32,251 nucleotides of DNA from Candidatus Babeliales bacterium (GTDB lineage Bacteria; Babelota; Babeliae; Babelales; JABCYS01). Where the stretch lies: positions 1 to 32,251 of the forward strand of contig JAFGJD010000001.1 in assembly GCA_016929235.1 (NCBI GenBank), written 5' to 3'. Shown here one piece after another: positions 26,001 to 32,251 of the stretch. The notes below the pieces were generated by a model that was not told where the DNA came from, ran no database searches, and was given only the letters and a program-made list of their open reading frames with translations. Every line of letters begins with the position of its first letter. The stretch's first letter is position 1. Both the position numbers and the translations under genes were made by a program.

Positions 26001-28070
26001 TTAGTTATTATCTGCTAGGATAAAATTATAATCGACTGATACTTCGGTACCGGCAGCTTCTGCTATACCAGACCACCATACATCTGTTTTTTCTGGAATA
26101 CGTATTTGTGTTGCGAAGTTTGCTGATCCTTGAACGCCGTACGCTTCGAGCATGATTCTTTTTGCTCCTATTGGACTAGAAGTATTTCCGGCATTTTCTC
26201 GTTTCCAAAATATGAGTCGGGCAGTTTTACTGGATGCTACATATGCATTTGCTTGGGAAAGAAACATAGTTTTACCCGCGGGTACGGTATACATGCTCAT
26301 AAGAGTTTGCCCAAATCCGATTCCAGAAAAGCCAATAACAGCAAGGGTTGCGGGAGTTTCATTTTGTATGGTTATGATACCCGCATTGGTTGCTCCGTAT
26401 GTCCCAACTGAAGTGATATATGCTCGATAAATTCTACGAAAGCTTTGGGTGGTATATGAGCTTTCTGTTGCTCCTGCAAGTGTGATTTCTTCTGATATTG
26501 GATTGAAGTTGTTGTCCAGGCCCACCACCATGATTTTTTGTGCATTTGCTCCCCCAGCAGTATCAGCAGCATTACCTCCTGCTGCGACTCGAACTCTAGA
26601 TGCAGTGGTTGGCCATGGGTATGTTCCGCCGTTTGTCCAAATATCCGCGAAGCTTGTGGTTAATGATTCATAGTGGGCAAACTTGTAATTGCTTTCCTTA
26701 CCGCTAATGAGTCCAAGACCAGTATCACAACGAAAATCATTAGAAATTCTTACGAGTTGTGTGTCAGCGTTCTTTGTGATGGTGTTGGTTATGCTAAGGG
26801 TTGTGCTTTTATTTTTTGATACATGGTACATGCTCTGTAGCCTGAATGCGGACTGGGCGGAGGATCCATTGGTATATACAACTCGATAGTAACGAGCGGT
26901 TACTGGAAAAATGTGTTCTTGTGGTATTGCTGCTGATACAGTAAATGTTTTTATAAAATCCCAATTGGTATTATCGTTTGACTGTTGTAAAGATAAGCCG
27001 TTGGCTGCCGATTCAACGTCAGAGTAAACACTTATAGAAATGGTAGCATAGTTAGAGACATCTTCGCCGGTTCCTGTAAATATTGATCCACCAGCTAATG
27101 GAGTACTTGTTGAGTTGCTTGTTGAGATAGTTGCAGAATCAAGTAGATCAACAATATCCCGAAGTGTTCCAGATATGGTTGCATCAGGTCCAAGAATATT
27201 TCCAACATCTCCGAGTGTTGTATAGATAGGATTAAGATCCAAAGAATCAAGTATGGTGAATGTACCTGAAATGGCCTCTGATATACTGGTTCCAAGATAC
27301 GTATCTGCATCTCCAAGCACACCGAGCACGGTATTTGCAGATGCTGGTTGTGACACATCACCAATCATGGTGTATGTGCCGTTGAATCCTTCGTTCATGA
27401 TAGTGGTCATTTCATGCAGTGTTGTGTATGTGTTATTAAAGCCTGCGTCGATGGATGTGAATGTTCCAGCAAGTGCTTCTGAGATGCTTGTTCCTAAATG
27501 TGTACACGCATCGCCCAAGATACCCAGTACTGATCCCGCACATGCACCTTGTGTTATATTGCCAAAACGATCTGATACTAATAAATGAAGTTGATGAAGT
27601 TTTTGTTCTATTACTCCTAAGCGCAATGAATCACTTCTCGTTGGCAGCTTTTGTATTGTTTGAATCAGTGATTGTAGCGCGATGATCATGTCTCCTTTTG
27701 TTACAGCATGCGGTGCACATTGCAATGATTCGTAACATGCTATAAATGGCTCTGGAAGGATATTTTCAGCGTTATATGCTTCTGCATCGCAGTAAATATC
27801 CTCAATGATGGTTTGAAGTTCTTCTTCAGTGAGCACCGTCATCTCCGGACTGTTGAGTAATTCACGATAGGTTAAAAATTCTTCTGGAAGTTGGTTAGTA
27901 AAGTGTCGGCTTTGTGCGTAATCGTAAAATGCGTTGACAAAATGTTTTAACGATTCAGTTCGTGTTTGGGTTTCTTGAGCGATACGATCTGCATCATCCA
28001 GTACATACACAGATGGGAACCATAGTAGGAGACATATACTAATGAGTGTATTGTGTTGTGAAAGCTTCAT
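26001..28070 (-). CDS. Large exported repeat-containing fibre/adhesin-like protein
   Basis: 689 aa; signal-like N-terminus, helical region, repeated GT[FY]T/YTTL stalk motifs and a Gly/Thr/Ala-rich beta C-terminal half. Confidence 0.6.
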   Translation of the reverse strand: MKLSQHNTLISICLLLWFPSVYVLDDADRIAQETQTRTESLKHFVNAFYDYAQSRHFTNQLPEEFLTYRELLNSPEMTVLTEEELQTIIEDIYCDAEAYNAENILPEPFIACYESLQCAPHAVTKGDMIIALQSLIQTIQKLPTRSDSLRLGVIEQKLHQLHLLVSDRFGNITQGACAGSVLGILGDACTHLGTSISEALAGTFTSIDAGFNNTYTTLHEMTTIMNEGFNGTYTMIGDVSQPASANTVLGVLGDADTYLGTSISEAISGTFTILDSLDLNPIYTTLGDVGNILGPDATISGTLRDIVDLLDSATISTSNSTSTPLAGGSIFTGTGEDVSNYATISISVYSDVESAANGLSLQQSNDNTNWDFIKTFTVSAAIPQEHIFPVTARYYRVVYTNGSSAQSAFRLQSMYHVSKNKSTTLSITNTITKNADTQLVRISNDFRCDTGLGLISGKESNYKFAHYESLTTSFADIWTNGGTYPWPTTASRVRVAAGGNAADTAGGANAQKIMVVGLDNNFNPISEEITLAGATESSYTTQSFRRIYRAYITSVGTYGATNAGIITIQNETPATLAVIGFSGIGFGQTLMSMYTVPAGKTMFLSQANAYVASSKTARLIFWKRENAGNTSSPIGAKRIMLEAYGVQGSANFATQIRIPEKTDVWWSGIAEAAGTEVSVDYNFILADNN
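27256..27531 (-). repeat. Intragenic degenerate direct repeat with 201-nt (67-aa) period
   Basis: SVLGILGDACTHLGTSISEALAGTFT versus TVLGVLGDADTYLGTSISEAISGTFT; the DNA copies begin GTGAATGT at 27457 and 27256. Confidence 0.85.
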
Positions 28071-28154
28071 ACATACTACTCCGTCATTAGAAAAACTTTA
28101 TTACGGATGATCGTATGAAATGTATTCGAATATTGTCAATCACTCTTTGAATGA

Positions 28155-29237
28155 TTAAACGGCATTCCAGGAAAGGTAGCTTTCTATGAATGGCATGATG
28201 TCACCGTCAAGTACGAGATCAGGTTGTGGTGATTCATAGTTTGTGCGGTGATCCTTAACCATTTTATAAGGATGCAAGACGTACGATCTGATCTGTGAGC
28301 CCCATTCTATTTTTTTCTTTTCGCGTGCAGATGCTTTGGCAAGTTGTTCTTCCTTTTGTTTTTGTGCCAATTTTGCCATTAACATTTTCATAGCAGTTTC
28401 TTTATTTTGATGTTGTGAGCGTTCATTTTGGCACTGTGTAACAATGCCGGTTGGTATGTGTGTGATGCGTACGGCAGATTCTGTTTTGTTGACATGTTGT
28501 CCGCCGGCGCCGCCTGCACGATATGTGTCAATGCGTAGATCGTTGGGATCAATAGTGATCTCAATATCCTGTACTTCGGGCAAGATGTGTACACCTGCGA
28601 ATGACGTATGGCGACGCTTATTGGCATCATATGGGGAAATGCGCACAAGTCTATGAATGCCGTGTTCTCCCTGTAGGAGGCCGTATGCGTTTTGTCCTTG
28701 TACGAATACGACGGCTGATTTGATGCCGGCTTGTTCGCCGGGTTGCAGATCAACAACTTTTGCCTTCAATTTATGTCGCTCGCAGAATCGCATGTACATG
28801 CGCAGAAGCATGTCTGCCCAATCTTGAGCCTCAGTTCCACCTGCTCCTGCATTGACGTGGACAAAACAGTTGCCGGCATCTTCAGGGTTAGTGAGAAACA
28901 GATTGATTTTGAATTCAGATGCCTGCTTGGTTAGCTGTGCAAGATCAGCTTCGATTTTTTGTAGCTCAGTTTCATCTTCTTTGAATAGATCAAGAAGTTC
29001 CTGAATTTCTCTATATGATGATACGAGCTGTTGATAATGGTCTCGAATATTTTTGAGTGCTTGCAAGTCTTTGAGCACTTGTGCCTGGTCAGATCTCTTC
29101 CAGAATGTTTCTTGCGTGCTCTCTGCTTTGAGGGTCTGGTACCGCTCTTCTAACTTCGAATCGTTCCAGAATGTGGTAATGGCGGTCATGGTTGGTTCAA
29201 GAGCTTTCACCTGCTCTTTTAGTTCATCGAATAACAT
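28155..29237 (-). CDS. prfB: Peptide chain release factor 2
   Basis: [48 protein letters not shown]; one continuous 360-aa frame. Confidence 0.96.
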   Translation of the reverse strand: MLFDELKEQVKALEPTMTAITTFWNDSKLEERYQTLKAESTQETFWKRSDQAQVLKDLQALKNIRDHYQQLVSSYREIQELLDLFKEDETELQKIEADLAQLTKQASEFKINLFLTNPEDAGNCFVHVNAGAGGTEAQDWADMLLRMYMRFCERHKLKAKVVDLQPGEQAGIKSAVVFVQGQNAYGLLQGEHGIHRLVRISPYDANKRRHTSFAGVHILPEVQDIEITIDPNDLRIDTYRAGGAGGQHVNKTESAVRITHIPTGIVTQCQNERSQHQNKETAMKMLMAKLAQKQKEEQLAKASAREKKKIEWGSQIRSYVLHPYKMVKDHRTNYESPQPDLVLDGDIMPFIESYLSWNAV

Positions 29238-29323
29238 GGCCTTGTTTCTCTGATTGGGTATCCTTATATAAATATATCTTTATCACTATAACAAAGTGAT
29301 CTCTGTCTTACTATGGAGTGGGT

Positions 29324-29908
29324 ATGAATCCTGGTCGGTTATTTCTTGTTTCTGCGCCTTCGGGTGCCGGCAAAAGTTCATTAGTTGCGGCAGTTATAGA
29401 GCAACTTGCATCGTCCTATTCAATTCGTCGGGTTATTACCTATACAACTAAACATCCTCGTCAGGGTGAGGTTGAGGGTGTGGACTATCATTATATAGGG
29501 GAGGTTGAGTTTCTCAGGAAATTAGATGAAGGGTTCTTTCTAGAATCAAGTACTGCCTACCACGCCTATTATGGGTCGCCTCGTTCTATTATTACAGATC
29601 TTGCTCAGGGACATTCGTGGATATTGGTCGTTGATCGTGTTGGGGCTTTAAGGATTCTCGAGGAGGTTTCTGATGTGGTGGCGATTTGGATCACAGTTCC
29701 ATTTAATTCACTTGCCCAGCGGTTACGGGAGCGGGGAACAGAATCAGAGGAGCAGATTCAGTATAGGATTGAGCAGGGCAAGAGTGAGCAGGCCCAAGAG
29801 GATGCGCGGTCCCTCTATAGCCATGTTATTGTGAATGATGATTTTAATAGTGCTGTTGTGCAGTTGGGGAATCTTATCATTTCATATATTGATGCTGCCA
29901 GACGGTAA
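29324..29908 (+). CDS. gmk: Guanylate kinase
   Basis: SAPSGAGKSS P-loop, TTKHPRQGEVEGVDYHY, YYGSP, RLRERGTE, VIVNDD. Confidence 0.9.
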   Translation: MNPGRLFLVSAPSGAGKSSLVAAVIEQLASSYSIRRVITYTTKHPRQGEVEGVDYHYIGEVEFLRKLDEGFFLESSTAYHAYYGSPRSIITDLAQGHSWILVVDRVGALRILEEVSDVVAIWITVPFNSLAQRLRERGTESEEQIQYRIEQGKSEQAQEDARSLYSHVIVNDDFNSAVVQLGNLIISYIDAARR

Positions 29909-30001
29909 AGAGATGGGGGCGTGGAATGGGTTGTTTTTAAGAGGGTCGTCCATGCTTTGGAGGTGGTTTATGAAAAAGTTTCTATGTATGTAAAAAATGT
30001 A

Positions 30002-30029
30002 TTGACGGCCATCGGTGCATCTGTATAAT
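30002..30029 (+). promoter_or_regulatory. rRNA operon sigma70 promoter
   Basis: TTGACG-N16-TATAAT with an A/T-rich UP-like tract just upstream. Confidence 0.85.
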
Positions 30030-30066
30030 GGATTGAGCATTCACAAACATATACGTGATGAAAAAA

Positions 30067-30078
30067 GTTCTTTGAAAT
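30067..30078 (+). promoter_or_regulatory. boxA-like antitermination element in the rrn leader
   Basis: GTTCTTTGAAAT; the same sequence recurs in the spacer before 23S. Confidence 0.7.
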
Positions 30079-30153
30079 ACTTACAAGATCCTTAACAATT
30101 TTTTTATTAGGCAAATTGAGCCTGCAAGTTTTGTCAGTCCGCTCGAACTTTTC

Positions 30154-31694
<1,541 letters not shown>

Positions 31695-31782
31695 CGAGGG
31701 AGATATCCACAGATTCTTAATCGAGTCTGTTATATAATAAGGTGTAATAGTGGAAAGGCACACTTGCAGGCGCCTCTAGTTT

Positions 31783-31859
31783 GGGCCTATAGCTCAGCTG
31801 GTTAGAGCACCCCGCTGATAACGGGGAGGTCAGTCGTTCGAGTCGACTTAGGCCCACCA
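31783..31859 (+). tRNA. tRNA-Ile(GAT)
   Basis: GGGCCTA/TAGGCCC acceptor stem, CCCCG-CTGATAA-CGGGG anticodon arm, CCA; lies in the 16S-23S spacer. Confidence 0.97.
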
Positions 31860-31899
31860 TTTTCTGGTGGGGGGCACAAAGATGACTGATCGTGGAAAA

Positions 31900-31975
31900 G
31901 GGGATGTAGCTCAGTTGGTAGAGCGTCCGTTTTGCACGCGGAAGGCCAGCGGTTCGACTCCGCTCATCTCCACCA
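31900..31975 (+). tRNA. tRNA-Ala(TGC)
   Basis: GGGGATG/CATCTCC acceptor stem with G3:U70, TGC anticodon, CCA. Confidence 0.97.
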
Positions 31976-32033
31976 AAATATCCTGATCTTGTAAGTAGAA
32001 AAAATGTAAGAGTAGTAGATAAAAATTTCTTGT

Positions 32034-32045
32034 GTTCTTTGAAAT
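32034..32045 (+). promoter_or_regulatory. boxA-like element in the 16S-23S spacer
   Basis: GTTCTTTGAAAT, identical to the leader copy. Confidence 0.7.
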
Positions 32046-32121
32046 ATTCGTAACATAATATCCTGAAAACAAAACAAGTTTTCTTGAGTTTTTAATTATC
32101 TCAATTTTTATAAAGACTTGT

Positions 32122-32251
32122 GGTTAATTGAAAAGGGCATTTGGTGAATGCCTTGGTATCAGGAGGCGATGAAGGAGGTGGAAGACTGCCAAAAGCTTCG
32201 GGGAGCTGTCAATCAAGCTTTGATCCGAAGATTTCCGAATGGGGAAACCCA
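32122..32251 (+). rRNA. rrl: 23S rRNA, 5' part (truncated by the window)
   Basis: GGTTAA...GGTGAATGCCTTGG...GGCGATGAAGGA...TTTCCGAATGGGGAAACCC. Confidence 0.97.

Noticed and set aside
27200..27540. Repeats as a CRISPR array or DGR template/variable pair
   Set aside because: They are in-frame coding repeats differing largely at third codon positions, with no spacers, cas genes or reverse transcriptase.
29324..29908. Gmk TTR-to-TTK substitution as altered specificity
   Set aside because: A conservative change with the other motifs retained; not enough evidence.

Overview
A bacterial chromosomal window, mostly housekeeping genes, ending in the start of an rRNA operon (16S, tRNA-Ile, tRNA-Ala, 5' end of 23S). 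The divergent 16S, fragmented core operons and many exported orphan proteins suggest Candidatus Dependentiae (TM6/Babelota, intracellular parasites of protists). That placement is from recall, not a database search. Core genes: rpe, a VOC-family protein, groES-groEL, class I aldolase, bamA-ftsL-ftsI, cysS, trxA, DUF167, pilC/gspF, HIT, an OPT transporter, prfB, gmk, and four more tRNAs. The most interesting signals are: (1) two tandem exported proteins, each built only of four Cache-type domains with no output domain, followed by a decayed OprB-type porin gene; (2) an unannotated 51-aa, 15-Cys metallothionein-like ORF with four CxxCC motifs (21458..21613, minus), too short for the ORF track; (3) split LigD phosphoesterase and polymerase genes with no Ku or ligase in the window; (4) three cryptically paralogous small exported proteins with a long intergenic RNA hairpin inside the array; (5) a fibre-like exported protein with repeats and a phage-like C-terminal half; (6) an exported pentapeptide-repeat protein running off the left edge, also missed by the ORF track. 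No CRISPR array, integrase or transposase was seen.
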